The notes: generated from the sequence alone by a model not told the origin. DNA of 64,000 bases from Candidatus Liptonbacteria bacterium (GCA_016182095.1 JACOXY010000014.1:7234-71233); one strand, 5' to 3'. Shown: positions 45,939 to 55,971, numbered from the stretch's first letter. Numbers and translations are program-made.

Positions 45939-46151
45939 TTATCTACGGACAAACGGGAGCAATCCAAGAAATCTCGCCCGTTTAATCGCCTCCGCGAGTC
46001 TCCTTTGGTGCTTTGCGCAAGTTCCTGTATGCATGGGATCAATGATTTTCGCCTGGCCCGAAGTAAACTTCCTCAAAAAATCAGAGTCCTTATAATCTAT
46101 TTCCTGCAAGTTTTGCGAACAAAAGTAACATTGAAAGTAACATTGGCGCAT
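45939..46151 (-). CDS. rpsR: 30S ribosomal protein S18
   Basis: CYFCSQNLQEIDYKDSDFLRKFTSGQAKIIDPMHTGTCAKHQRRLAEAIKRARFLGLLPF; start at MRQCYF; the upstream in-frame extension is part of the family-2 leader. Confidence 0.85.
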   Translation of the reverse strand: MRQCYFQCYFCSQNLQEIDYKDSDFLRKFTSGQAKIIDPMHTGTCAKHQRRLAEAIKRARFLGLLPFVRR

Positions 46152-46295
46152 GCCGTTTTTGCCCAAGAGCAAAGCGATTGGATGCAAAACCGAGCACCCC
46201 GCTCTCTAAGCATATAAATAATGGTTAAAATTTAATTTATAATTTGATTATTTTTAGACACGAAACCTTATAATTCCAGCACATAGAGAGCGGGG
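46152..46295. promoter_or_regulatory. family-2 element upstream of rpsR: conserved leader (CCCAAGAGCAAAGCGATTGG...AAAACCGAGCACCCCGCTCTCTAAGCA), its far partner TAGAGAGCGGGG, and an AT-rich spacer
   Basis: 12-bp perfect inverted repeat at 46197-46208 and 46284-46295; about 65 bp shared with the parB upstream region. Confidence 0.45.
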
Positions 46296-46306
46296 CTTCC
46301 TTTCAT

Positions 46307-46765
46307 TCAGAAAGGAAGGTCTTCCGCTTTTATATCATTCCCCTCATCTATATCAATGGTCGGCAAATCTGCGGCTGCGTCCTCTTTGCCGCCTGCCGCA
46401 CCCACCCCCTGTTTCCCGCCTTGAGCACCGGCGTTCGCGGCCCTCGGTCCAAATTGAATTCTTTCGGCCACTATCTCCGTTGTTTTCATGTTTTGTCCCT
46501 CTTTATTCTGCCAGCTTCTGGTTTGAAGTCGGCCCTCAACCATAGCAAGCGCGCCCTTGGTCAAAAATTGGCTCACAGTTTCAGCTTGCCTCCCCCAGAC
46601 AACAACATTGTGGAATTCAACGCTTTCCTGCCTAGCCCCAGCTTTATCGGTCCAGGTTCTGTTGGTAGCCAACCCAAAACTGGCAACCGATTGGCCGCTG
46701 GGAATACTCCTTAATTCCGGATCGCGAGTTAAGCGGCCTATTAAAAATACTTTATTGAGATTCAT
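46307..46765 (-). CDS. ssb: single-stranded DNA-binding protein
   Basis: MNLNKVFLIGRLTRDPELR...; OB fold; acidic C-terminal tail DIDEGNDIKAEDLPF. Confidence 0.9.
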   Translation of the reverse strand: MNLNKVFLIGRLTRDPELRSIPSGQSVASFGLATNRTWTDKAGARQESVEFHNVVVWGRQAETVSQFLTKGALAMVEGRLQTRSWQNKEGQNMKTTEIVAERIQFGPRAANAGAQGGKQGVGAAGGKEDAAADLPTIDIDEGNDIKAEDLPF

Positions 46766-46872
46766 GACAAGATAAAACGAATGTTACTAATATTGTAACG
46801 AATGATACGAATGGAACAAAAACACCTTATTCGTTGCATTCGTTCTAAAATTCGTATCATTCGAATTATACA

Positions 46873-47313
46873 TTATTTAAGTATTTCTTCAAGCTTCTTC
46901 TCCAATAGTTCGTTGCTTATGGCCTCGCCACTTTCTCTGCGAGGCTCTTTTCTTTCGGTAGTTATTTCTCTCTTCGGCCTTTCGGTTCTTGGCTTAAGAT
47001 CTCTCGGGCCTCGCATCCCCCTATCAACTCTCTGTTTAATGGGAGGGGTTATTATCAAGAATCTTAAGACGCCATTTAAAACCTCAAGTTCGCGGTTAAT
47101 GGCGCTCACTTTATCAGGAGCCATTTCAAACACAAGGTATGTAAAAACTCCGGCTGTTTGTTTTTTAATCTGATAAGCGAGCTTAAATCTCGCAAGAGCG
47201 TTCTCGTGAAGCGCCGAAGCTCCATTATTTTTTAGCAAATTTAAAACTTCCGGGTAAATCTCCTCCGTTTGAAGCATTAAACTTAGTTCGTATTGTTTCT
47301 CGCTTTCTGACAT
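46873..47313 (-). CDS. rpsF: 30S ribosomal protein S6 with a basic C-terminal extension
   Basis: MSESEKQYELSLMLQTE...; rpsF-ssb-rpsR order. Confidence 0.85.
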   Translation of the reverse strand: MSESEKQYELSLMLQTEEIYPEVLNLLKNNGASALHENALARFKLAYQIKKQTAGVFTYLVFEMAPDKVSAINRELEVLNGVLRFLIITPPIKQRVDRGMRGPRDLKPRTERPKREITTERKEPRRESGEAISNELLEKKLEEILK

Positions 47314-47472
47314 TGATTAAGATAATATAGCAAAGTAAAAATAAATGCAAGATTTGCTGAAAAGCCATTATTTTATGGAGTTTTTTCTGGGACACATTGC
47401 TTTATTATTTAAAGTGTGGTATAATAAAAACACATCGAAGGTAGCACCGCTCGGAAGAGAAAGGGGAGCGAC

Positions 47473-47676
47473 ATGGAAAATGGTAAGAGGAACGGATCCA
47501 TATTATTCGGCGTAATGCTGGGTATGCTGTGCGCGGAAGTAGCTTCGGCGGCTCCACAGCCGTGGGCGGCAGCCGGCGCCGTTTTCACTGTCTTGTGCAT
47601 TATGATAGCTGTGGACAGTATGATCCTGAATGCCCGCGACCATATCTGCGACAAGATAGAGAAGATGAGAAAGTAG
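47473..47676 (+). CDS. small hypothetical membrane protein (67 aa)
   Basis: GAAAGGGGAG Shine-Dalgarno 7 nt upstream; followed by a strong terminator; two hydrophobic helices. Confidence 0.4.
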   Translation: MENGKRNGSILFGVMLGMLCAEVASAAPQPWAAAGAVFTVLCIMIAVDSMILNARDHICDKIEKMRK

Positions 47677-47688
47677 GCGAGCCAGAAA

Positions 47689-47722
47689 GGGGCACTCAAC
47701 CGAGTGCCCTCATATTTTTCTT
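47689..47722 (+). terminator. rho-independent terminator (GGGGCACTC-AACC-GAGTGCCC followed by TCATATTTTTCTTT)
   Basis: 9-bp GC stem plus T-run between the small ORF and the rpoC 3' end. Confidence 0.55.
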
Positions 47723-47734
47723 TCCAGCATCCTT

Positions 47735-50700
47735 TTACGCGGAAACCGAGGCTTCGCCTTCTTCATCCTCTGTCACAAGCAGATCTTCTTCGGTTACATT
47801 CAACCCCGTTCCAGCAGGTATCAACCGGCCGATAATGACGTTTTCTTTCAATCCTCTTAACTTATCAACCTTGCCCTCCGAAGAAGCCGCGACTAGCACT
47901 CTCGCTGTTTCCATAAACGAGGCGGCCGAAAGGAAGCTTTCGGTTGAAAGAGCTACTTTAGAAACACCCATTAAGAGCTGTTTCGCGCGCGCCGGCGTCT
48001 TCCCTAACCGCTTCATGGCGCGGTTAACTTCCAAAAACTTGGATTTTTCAAGAACATCTCCGAGTATAAATTCAGTGTCTCCAGAATCCACAACCCTTAC
48101 CCTTGAGAAGAGCTGGCGAATTATAACTTCAATGTGCTTGTTGTTGATTGAAACACCTTCGGAAACATAGATTCTTTGAACCTCGCTTATAATATACCTT
48201 TCAACCGCGCTTCTGTCTTTGTAGGCATAAAGTTCCTGTAAATCCACGTGACCTTCCGAGAGCTGATCGCCTTTCTTAACTGAATCTCCGGCCTTAACAT
48301 AAACTTCCGCCAAGCGGCTAACCTGATATTCAACTGCCCTGCCCTTTTTCCCCGCAAGTTTTACCTTTATAGTCTTCACCATCCCCTTCTCTTCCACGTC
48401 TAAAATTTCTCCATCATCTTCGGCAAGTAGCGCCTTGCCCTTGGGAATCCTTAACTCAAAAAGCTCCTCAACCCTAGGCAATCCGCTTGTGATATCGGCT
48501 CCGGCAACGCCGCCAGTATGGAAAGTCCTCATAGTGAGCTGAGTACCGGGCTCGCCTATTGACTGGGCGGCCACGACGCCAACACTTTCTCCGATTTTTA
48601 TGGGGTGATTGGATCCGAGATCAAGCCCATAACACTTGGCGCATATACCATACAAAGTTTTGCAAGTTATGGGCGATCTTACTTTAACGGACGCGAGATC
48701 GGATTCTTGAATATCCACGCTTGAGGCGTGATCAATAATTTCTCCGGCTTTTACCGCGGTTTTGCCCCTGCCGCCGTGAACCTTAATATCCTCCAGGGCA
48801 ACACGCGAGAATACTCTTCCAGCAAACGCGTGCCCGAATAGCTCTCCATCTTCCCTGAAAATTGAAACTCCTTCCTTAGTTTTGCAATCTTCCTCTTTAA
48901 TAATTAAATCCTGTGAAACGTCAACGAGCCGCCTTGTCAAATAGCCAGCTTGCGCCGTTTTAAGAGCGGTATCGGTTGTCCCCTTCCTTGCTCCGTGAGT
49001 TGAAATAAAGTACTCCAAAACACTTAAGCCCTCTTTAAGGGAAGACTTGATGGGCAGTTCAATAATCTCGCCCTTTGGATTTGCCATCAATCCCCTCATA
49101 CCCATCATCTGGCTGGGCTGGGCCCATGAACCGCGAGATCCGGAATCAATAATGGAATAAATCGGGTTTTCGACTTTAAGTTCAAGGGGCACGAGTTTCG
49201 CGACCTCCTTCCCGGTTCTCATCCAAACATCAATAACCCTGGCTTTGCGCTCGGCTTCGGTCAGGAATCCTTCGCTGTACTGCTCTTTTATCATTTCCAC
49301 CTCTTGCTCCGCTTTTTTAATCAATTCATATTTAGCCACGGGGATAATCATATCCGCCGCCGACCAAGTAATACCCGATTTGGTGGCAAATTCAAAACCA
49401 ATATCTTTAAGCTTATCAATTAAAAGCCGACCCTCTTCAATGCCATAGCGATTTACAACATTGCCAACCAATTTAGAAAGACTGTTTTTATTCTGGGTTT
49501 CGTTAATAAACTCATATGCTTCCGGCAACACGCTGTTGAATATGAGCCTTCCGCAGGTGCTAATTATTGTGCCATGCATATTTTTCGGATCTTTGACTGT
49601 AATCGGCTCGTTTATCATGATCGCGCCCGATTCATACGCGGCCAGGGCCTCAATCTCGCCACTCATGGCTTTTTTTGGTTCACCCTGAAGCAGGGACGTC
49701 AAATAATAAATGCCGAGCACAATATCTTTATCCGGTTTCGCAATCGGATCGCCGGTAGCCGGCTTCAAGATATTGCGGCTAGCGAGCATTAGTTCTTCCG
49801 CTTCCTTTTGAGCGTATTTTGAAAGCGGCAGGTGAACCGCCATCTGGTCGCCGTCAAAGTCAGCGTTAAAAGCCGTGCAAACCAAAGCGGGAACTTGGAT
49901 GGCCAGGCCCTCAATAAGAATCGGCTTAAAAGCCTGGATGCTTAAGCGATGCAAAGTAGGCGCCCTGTTTAAAAGCACCGTTTTGTTGGCAATTACCTCT
50001 TCTAAAATCGCCCAAACTTCCGGTGGGGCCTGTTCTATCAAACGATTTGCGTTTTTAATAGTGTAAACGAAACCATCCCGGATAAGACGGCTTATCACGA
50101 ACGGCTTGAAAAGTTCCAGGGCCATTTTTTTCGGCAAGCCGCATTCGTCAATTTTAAGCCGCGGACCGATAACGATAACCGATCTCCCGGAATAATCAAC
50201 GCGCTTGCCAAGCAGATTCTGCCTAAAGCGGCCCTGTTTGCCCTTCAGATAATCGGCGATTGATCGAAGCGGCCTCTTTTGCGCGGAGAGTTGTTGAGAT
50301 CCTATTCTCGAAGAATTATCAATGAGCGCGTCCACCGCCTCCTGTAACATTCTCTTTTCATTCACAACAATCACTTCGGGGGCCTTCAACTCCAGAAGCT
50401 TCTTCAGCCGATTATTTCTGTTTATAACACGCCGGTACAAATCATTGAGGTCAGAGGTGGCGTATCTACCTCCGTCTAAGGGCACCATTGGGCGAAGATC
50501 GGGCGGAATAACCGGCAAGGTTTTCAAAACCATCCATTCGGGGCGAATATTATTTTTATGCATTGAGCGCATGAGCTTTAGCCGCCTCATCGCCTTTCTT
50601 TTTTGCGTCGCTTCCTTGATTTCATCCACTTCCTTTTCAATTCGAATATACTCTTTCTTTAAATCAAGATTTTCAAGAATTTGACGCACCGCTTCGGCTC

Positions 50701-51310
50701 CAGAACTGGCTTTAAAAACATCGGCAAACTTTTTGGCCAGGGTGTAGTATTCGCTTTCAGAAATAATTCTGCCTACGTGGATATTTTCGAGCGCCTCTCT
50801 GGTTTTTTCGGCGGCGGCCTTGAGCTGGCTTGCCTCTTTTTTGGTATCCAGAACTTTTTGCCTTACCTGAAGTTCGCGATCAATTTCCTCCAAAACCCGC
50901 TTTTTATTTTCCTCGTTAACTGCGGTGATAATGAAAGCCGAGTAGTAAATAACCTTCTCCAGCTTCTGTGGAGACACGTTAAGAGCCAGACCAAGCCGCG
51001 AGGGAACGCTTCGTAAAAACCAGATGTGACAAACCGGCGCGGCTAAGGTTATGTGTCCCATTCTTTCCCGCCTTACTATTGCTCTCGTGACCTCCACTCC
51101 GCATTTGTCGCAAATAACCCCCTTATACCTAACCCGCTTGTACTTTCCGCAATAGCACTCCCAATCTTTGATCGGGCCGAATATCCTTTCGGAAAAAAGC
51201 CCGTCTTTTTCAGGACGCTGGGTACGATAATTGATAGTCTCCGGCTTTATGACTTCTCCATATGACCAGCTAAGTACTTCTTCCGGCGAAGCTAGTTTTA
51301 GTTTTAGTTT
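47735..51310 (-). CDS. rpoC: DNA-directed RNA polymerase subunit beta-prime; the 5' end is unresolved (see 51311-51349)
   Basis: the conserved N-terminus (LASPEEVLSWSYGEVIKPETINYRT...CYCGKYKRVRYKGVICDKCGVEV) is in frame upstream of the ORF-track start (GTG 51097) back to the TAA at 51311; no canonical start codon in that interval. Confidence 0.9.
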   Translation of the reverse strand, partial: KLKLKLASPEEVLSWSYGEVIKPETINYRTQRPEKDGLFSERIFGPIKDWECYCGKYKRVRYKGVICDKCGVEVTRAIVRRERMGHITLAAPVCHIWFLRSVPSRLGLALNVSPQKLEKVIYYSAFIITAVNEENKKRVLEEIDRELQVRQKVLDTKKEASQLKAAAEKTREALENIHVGRIISESEYYTLAKKFADVFKASSGAEAVRQILENLDLKKEYIRIEKEVDEIKEATQKRKAMRRLKLMRSMHKNNIRPEWMVLKTLPVIPPDLRPMVPLDGGRYATSDLNDLYRRVINRNNRLKKLLELKAPEVIVVNEKRMLQEAVDALIDNSSRIGSQQLSAQKRPLRSIADYLKGKQGRFRQNLLGKRVDYSGRSVIVIGPRLKIDECGLPKKMALELFKPFVISRLIRDGFVYTIKNANRLIEQAPPEVWAILEEVIANKTVLLNRAPTLHRLSIQAFKPILIEGLAIQVPALVCTAFNADFDGDQMAVHLPLSKYAQKEAEELMLASRNILKPATGDPIAKPDKDIVLGIYYLTSLLQGEPKKAMSGEIEALAAYESGAIMINEPITVKDPKNMHGTIISTCGRLIFNSVLPEAYEFINETQNKNSLSKLVGNVVNRYGIEEGRLLIDKLKDIGFEFATKSGITWSAADMIIPVAKYELIKKAEQEVEMIKEQYSEGFLTEAERKARVIDVWMRTGKEVAKLVPLELKVENPIYSIIDSGSRGSWAQPSQMMGMRGLMANPKGEIIELPIKSSLKEGLSVLEYFISTHGARKGTTDTALKTAQAGYLTRRLVDVSQDLIIKEEDCKTKEGVSIFREDGELFGHAFAGRVFSRVALEDIKVHGGRGKTAVKAGEIIDHASSVDIQESDLASVKVRSPITCKTLYGICAKCYGLDLGSNHPIKIGESVGVVAAQSIGEPGTQLTMRTFHTGGVAGADITSGLPRVEELFELRIPKGKALLAEDDGEILDVEEKGMVKTIKVKLAGKKGRAVEYQVSRLAEVYVKAGDSVKKGDQLSEGHVDLQELYAYKDRSAVERYIISEVQRIYVSEGVSINNKHIEVIIRQLFSRVRVVDSGDTEFILGDVLEKSKFLEVNRAMKRLGKTPARAKQLLMGVSKVALSTESFLSAASFMETARVLVAASSEGKVDKLRGLKENVIIGRLIPAGTGLNVTEEDLLVTEDEEGEASVSA

Positions 51311-51349
51311 TTACTATACCCCATACCCTATGCCCCATACCCTTTTCAT
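51311..51349 (-). other. anomalous rpoC 5' end: ATG overlapping the rpoB stop (TAATG), 11 codons of G-rich repeats (GGGTATG GGGCATA GGGTATG GGGTA, G-quadruplex-like), then in-frame TAG TAA, then (AAAACT)x3 leading into conserved beta-prime sequence
   Basis: read directly from the minus strand; an alternative +1-frame ATG (51338-51336) would join the rpoC frame with a single-base shift inside the (AAAACT)3 repeat. Confidence 0.6.
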
Positions 51350-54300
51350 TATTTCTGTCTATCTTGTTTTATCGCCTGACCTTGATCGTCCAATAACTCC
51401 ACGCCCAATCCCAGCGCCTTTAACTCATTGGTTAAAACACTAAAGGTCGCGGGGACATTAGGCGCTTTTATCGGCTCATCCCGTATAATTGATTCAAAAG
51501 CCGATGAACGACCCGCAATGTCGTCTGATTTAATGGTCAGCATTTCCTGAAGCGTGTAAGCCGCGCCGTAACCTTCAAGAGCCCAGACTTCCATCTCTCC
51601 AAATCTCTGGCCACCGAACTGCGCCTTGCCTCCCAATGGCTGCTGTGTAACCAGTGAATATGGGCCGATTGATCTCATGTGAATCTTGTCCTCCACCAAG
51701 TGGTTAAGTTTCATGATATAGATATAACCAACCATAACCTCCTTATCAAAAGACCTGCCGACTCTGCCGTCATAAAGCTTTACCTTGCCGCTTTCGGGAA
51801 GATTAGCGGCCCGCAGTTCCGCCCTTATTTCTTCTTCGGAGGCCCCGGATAAAGCCGGGGTTACCGCCCGGAAACCATTCACGTGGGCCGCCCAACCTAA
51901 ATGGGTTTCCAAAATCTGCCCGATATTCATGCGAGACGTAACGCCCAAAGGATTTAGTATAATGTCAACCGTGGTGCCATCCTCAAGATATGGCATATCT
52001 TCCACCGGCCGAATTTGCGAGATAACGCCCTTGTTGCCATGGCGGCCGGCGAGTTTGTCGCCAGCTCTCACATTTCGTAATTGCGCTATCTCAACCTGGA
52101 TTCTTTTTATAACCCCGGGCTCAAGCCTATCTCCTCTCTCGCGTGAAAAAATTTTAACACCCACAATACGTCCGTATTTCCCATGCGGCAAGGTTAATGA
52201 GGTATCCTTGACATCACGAGCTTTTTCACCGAATATGGCCCGCAATAATCTTTCCTCCGACGTAAGTTCGGTCTCTCCCTTGGGAGATATTTTCCCCACG
52301 AGAATATCCCCCGATCTCACCTCGGCGCCGACCCTCACAATCCCCTCCTCGTCAAGATTTTTTAGCTTTTCCTCTGAAACATTTGAAATGTCGGGGGTAA
52401 TTATCTCCGGACCAAGTTTGGTGTCGCGAACATCGCAGTAAAAATCTTCTATGTAGATTGAAGAAAATCTATCCCCCTGAACTACGCGCTCCGAAAGAAT
52501 AATGGCATCTTCAAAATTGGCGCCCTCCCAAGAAGCAAAAGCAACCAAAAGATTTTGGCCCAAACCCAAAACGCCGTTTACCGTGCCGGGGCCGTCAACC
52601 AGAGTTTCCCCCTTCTTAACGACACTCCCTTTAGTAAGCAATAATCTCTGCGAAATAGAGGTGCCTTGATTGGATCGCTTAAAATTAAGCAGTTCGTAGG
52701 TTTTGGTGCCTAATTTTTTATACTTTAGAGTAAGTCCCGTTGCGTCAGCTTTAACGATTTCGCCATTATCTTCGGCCTTAATAAGGTAGCCCGAATCATG
52801 GGCGGCTTTTTCCTCAACGCCAGTGCCCACATAGGGAACTTGCGGCTTAACGGCAATTACTGCCTGTCTCTGCATGTTTGAGCCCATTAGGGCGCGGTTT
52901 GCGTCATCATGCCTTAAAAATGGGATTAAAGATGTTGAGACGCTAATAAATTGCTCCGGAGAAATATCCATAAAATCAACCTCTTCCTTTGGGCACGTGC
53001 CCGGCGCGCCCTTAATTCTTGCCTCAATGGAATCCTCAACAATTTTCTTGCCATCCAATTTAATACCGCCATGGGCAATTTTATATTTTTCCTCTTCCAG
53101 GGCATCCAGCCAAACCACTTCGTTCGTCACTACGCCGTTCTTTACTTTTACATACGGGGTTTCCAAAAAACCATAGGGGCTAATTCTGGCATATCCGGCT
53201 ATATAATTTATGAGCCCGATATTGGCACCCTCCGGGGTTTGAATCGGACAGATGCGGCCGTAATGCGATGTGTGGACATCGCGCACTTCAAATCCGGCTC
53301 TTTCGCGAGTCAGCCCGCCGGGGCCCATCGCGGAAAGACGCCTCTTATGCTCAATCTCAGACAAGGGATTTACCTGATCCATGAACTGTGAAAGCTGGGA
53401 TGACGCAAAAAACTCCTTAACTGTGGCCATTAGAGGCCTCACATTCAAAAGAGCGCCTGGGGCGAAACTTTCTTCCGCGATAGTGGACATTCTGTCCTGC
53501 ACAACCCTACGAAGGCGCGCGAAGCCAACCCTCATCTTGTTTTGCAAGAGTTCGCCAACGGCGCGAACGCGCCTGTTGCCAAGGTGGTCTATGTCATCCG
53601 GTTCCGCCATTGGATCATTATTAAGACGGATAAGTTCTTTAACTATCAAGACCAAATCATCAAATCTCAAAAGCCGCGAGTCAGATTTAATCTGTAATCT
53701 CTGATTCATTTTAAATCTTCCAACCATTGAAAGGTCATAGCGGTCAAACCTCTTAAACATGGCGTCAATTAAAGATTTGGCGTTTTCCGGCGTAGCCAAG
53801 TCGCCGGGCCTTAAACGTTTGTAGATTTCCAGATAAGATTCGTCAAAATTTTTGGCCGCGTCTTTTTTCAAGGTTGCCTGAAGATGTTTTATCGGCCCAA
53901 CATCAATATCTTTGAAAAGTTCGGTAAACGCGCTTCCCTCTTCATATTTTTTGCCTTCCATGGAAGCGAAGGCGCGAAGCAAATCTGTTATGGGAACTTT
54001 GCGACGGCGATCAATTTTAACCCCAATAAGCCCGTCCGGATCAGTTTCCAATTCAAGCCAAGCTCCCCGGTTAGGAATTACTTTAGCGCCAAAAAGCTTT
54101 TTGCCTCTGTAAACAACGGCCGTAAAATAAACTCCGGGAGATCTTATGAGCTGTGAGATAACAACTCTCTCAACCCCATTTATAATAAAAGTCCCCCTCG
54201 CGGTCATGAGGGGCACATCTCCGATGTAAACATCTTGGGTCTTATCTTTTTTGCTTTTCAGATTCACTAAGCGCAAGGTGGCCCTAAGTGCCGCTTCAAA

Positions 54301-54534
54301 AGTCAATCCTTTCTCAATTGACTGGACTTCATTATATTTTGGTTCATCAAAGCGGAATTCGTCAAAATGGAGTTCGTACTCTTTGCCGGTATAATCCTTA
54401 ATCGGAGACACCTCTCCAAACAGCTCTTTCAAGCCATCACCCAAAAACCAGCGATATGACTGTGTTTGAATTTCTGACAAATCTGGCTGGGGCGTTAGAG
54501 CTCCTACACCATGAGAAAAGTATTTTATAGTCAT
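51349..54534 (-). CDS. rpoB: DNA-directed RNA polymerase subunit beta
   Basis: 1061 aa with conserved beta-subunit blocks throughout. Confidence 0.95.
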   Translation of the reverse strand: MTIKYFSHGVGALTPQPDLSEIQTQSYRWFLGDGLKELFGEVSPIKDYTGKEYELHFDEFRFDEPKYNEVQSIEKGLTFEAALRATLRLVNLKSKKDKTQDVYIGDVPLMTARGTFIINGVERVVISQLIRSPGVYFTAVVYRGKKLFGAKVIPNRGAWLELETDPDGLIGVKIDRRRKVPITDLLRAFASMEGKKYEEGSAFTELFKDIDVGPIKHLQATLKKDAAKNFDESYLEIYKRLRPGDLATPENAKSLIDAMFKRFDRYDLSMVGRFKMNQRLQIKSDSRLLRFDDLVLIVKELIRLNNDPMAEPDDIDHLGNRRVRAVGELLQNKMRVGFARLRRVVQDRMSTIAEESFAPGALLNVRPLMATVKEFFASSQLSQFMDQVNPLSEIEHKRRLSAMGPGGLTRERAGFEVRDVHTSHYGRICPIQTPEGANIGLINYIAGYARISPYGFLETPYVKVKNGVVTNEVVWLDALEEEKYKIAHGGIKLDGKKIVEDSIEARIKGAPGTCPKEEVDFMDISPEQFISVSTSLIPFLRHDDANRALMGSNMQRQAVIAVKPQVPYVGTGVEEKAAHDSGYLIKAEDNGEIVKADATGLTLKYKKLGTKTYELLNFKRSNQGTSISQRLLLTKGSVVKKGETLVDGPGTVNGVLGLGQNLLVAFASWEGANFEDAIILSERVVQGDRFSSIYIEDFYCDVRDTKLGPEIITPDISNVSEEKLKNLDEEGIVRVGAEVRSGDILVGKISPKGETELTSEERLLRAIFGEKARDVKDTSLTLPHGKYGRIVGVKIFSRERGDRLEPGVIKRIQVEIAQLRNVRAGDKLAGRHGNKGVISQIRPVEDMPYLEDGTTVDIILNPLGVTSRMNIGQILETHLGWAAHVNGFRAVTPALSGASEEEIRAELRAANLPESGKVKLYDGRVGRSFDKEVMVGYIYIMKLNHLVEDKIHMRSIGPYSLVTQQPLGGKAQFGGQRFGEMEVWALEGYGAAYTLQEMLTIKSDDIAGRSSAFESIIRDEPIKAPNVPATFSVLTNELKALGLGVELLDDQGQAIKQDRQK

Positions 54535-54705
54535 ATCTTCTTTGAGTTTATGATCCTAAAGACTCATAATTCACAATGCCAATATAAATTATTGGTATTG
54601 TTATCCCTACTTCTAAAAAACGCGAACAAAAACACGCCGCAACTCGTGCTTTTTAATAAATTATCCTGTAATTATTTATTTAACACAAATTCTCTTTAAA
54701 TGCAA

Positions 54706-54830
54706 GCCCAGTAACACTACTTCAGTGTTACCCGACATATAAGCAAACTAATTGTCATAAAACAATGTCAAAATGCCAAACTAATAATTTATGCTTCGGA
54801 AATAAATTATGCTGAAGTAGTGTTACTGGG
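54706..54830. repeat. 20-bp perfect inverted repeat (GCCCAGTAACACTACTTCAG / CTGAAGTAGTGTTACTGGGC) separated by an about 85-bp AT-rich spacer, 170-300 bp upstream of rpoB; the left arm also folds locally
   Basis: seen in the sequence; same promoter-flanking inverted-repeat architecture as other loci in this window. Confidence 0.6.
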
Positions 54831-54859
54831 CAAGTCTTTGTAATATAATGCTTTCGCAC

Positions 54860-55796
54860 TTACCTTAAATACAATGCCCTGTTTAAACTGTGCTCCTCCA
54901 GATCCTTGCTGAAAATGGTTTTCCCGGTTTTCGGGTCGGAAAGATAAAACCAATAAGAACTTTGCTGCGGATTAATAGCAGCTCTTATCGCTTCAAGACC
55001 GGGGTTTGCGATGGGCGTAGGCGGCAAGCCTTTATTGATATAAGTATTATATGGTGAGTCTATTTTTAAGTCAAGTGGGGTAATCGGGTGGCATGGCATG
55101 GGCACAACATAACATATTGTAGCATCTACCTGCAATGGCCAGCCGGATTTGATTCTTTTTTGGAGTATCCCGGAAACAATGCGCCTCTCTTTAAAATCGG
55201 TAAGTTCTTTTTCCAATAGTGAAGCTAAAATAATGGTTTTGTAGGCATTGGAATTCTTTGTGTCGGAAATAAGATTATTTTTTGCCCCCAAGCCCAAGAG
55301 GCCGCTTACTTTTTCGTCAAAATTATCCAAAAATTTTTGAACCACGTCCTTGGGCTCGGAATCTATATGAAATTTATAGGTATCCGGGAAAAGAAAGCCC
55401 TCCAAATCTTCCCGATATTCCGTGAGTTCGTTCGGCGAGATAACCCCGCTATCCGATAAGATTTTGTCTATTTCTTTGAGCGTGGCCCCTTCGGGAACGA
55501 GAACCTCCACCTCATCAACGCCTCCTTTTACTAAAACGCGAACCAGCCCATAGGCGGAATAACTGGCTCTTAATTTATAAAGTCCCGGTTTCTTTTTGAA
55601 GAACATCGGCTATGTCGCTTACCCCAAAACCGCGTTTTATTAAAACAGTCTTTTCTTCAATACTACCTATATCTGCCGGCATCATTCCGTAAATTAAATA
55701 TATAAAAAAAACCGCGAACACCGACGCGCCCCAAATTATGTAGGAGGATTTTTTTCGCTCATTCAAAATGTCGCTTGTTGTTTTTGTTGAAATCAT
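54860..55796 (-). pseudogene. mltG: endolytic murein transglycosylase MltG/YceG, split into two frames (frameshift near 55575-55606)
   Basis: N-terminal TM plus start of the YceG domain in ORF 55575-55796; the remainder (LQVDATICYV, YNTYINKGLPPTPIANPG) in ORF 54860-55606; the overlap lies in an A-rich tract (AAAAAGAAA). Confidence 0.65.
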
Positions 55797-55971
55797 TTTA
55801 TAGACCTTTTGTACAATTCCTTTTCTACTGCAATTTCCATATTTTGGCTACGGCTTTGTAAAAATTTCTTGAAATATATTCTGTATATTCCTTCAAAATT
55901 TTTACTTCGCCTCGCTCAAGATCTGAAAATTTCGTTACGAAAAGAATTGTACAAAAGGTCTTTCTATATTA

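Noticed and set aside
51311-51316. Stop-codon reassignment (TAG or TAA read through) to explain the in-frame stops in rpoC
   Set aside because: All other long conserved genes (rpoB, gyrB, typA and others) terminate normally. The ORF track shows ordinary stop usage, and no in-frame stops occur inside conserved domains elsewhere.
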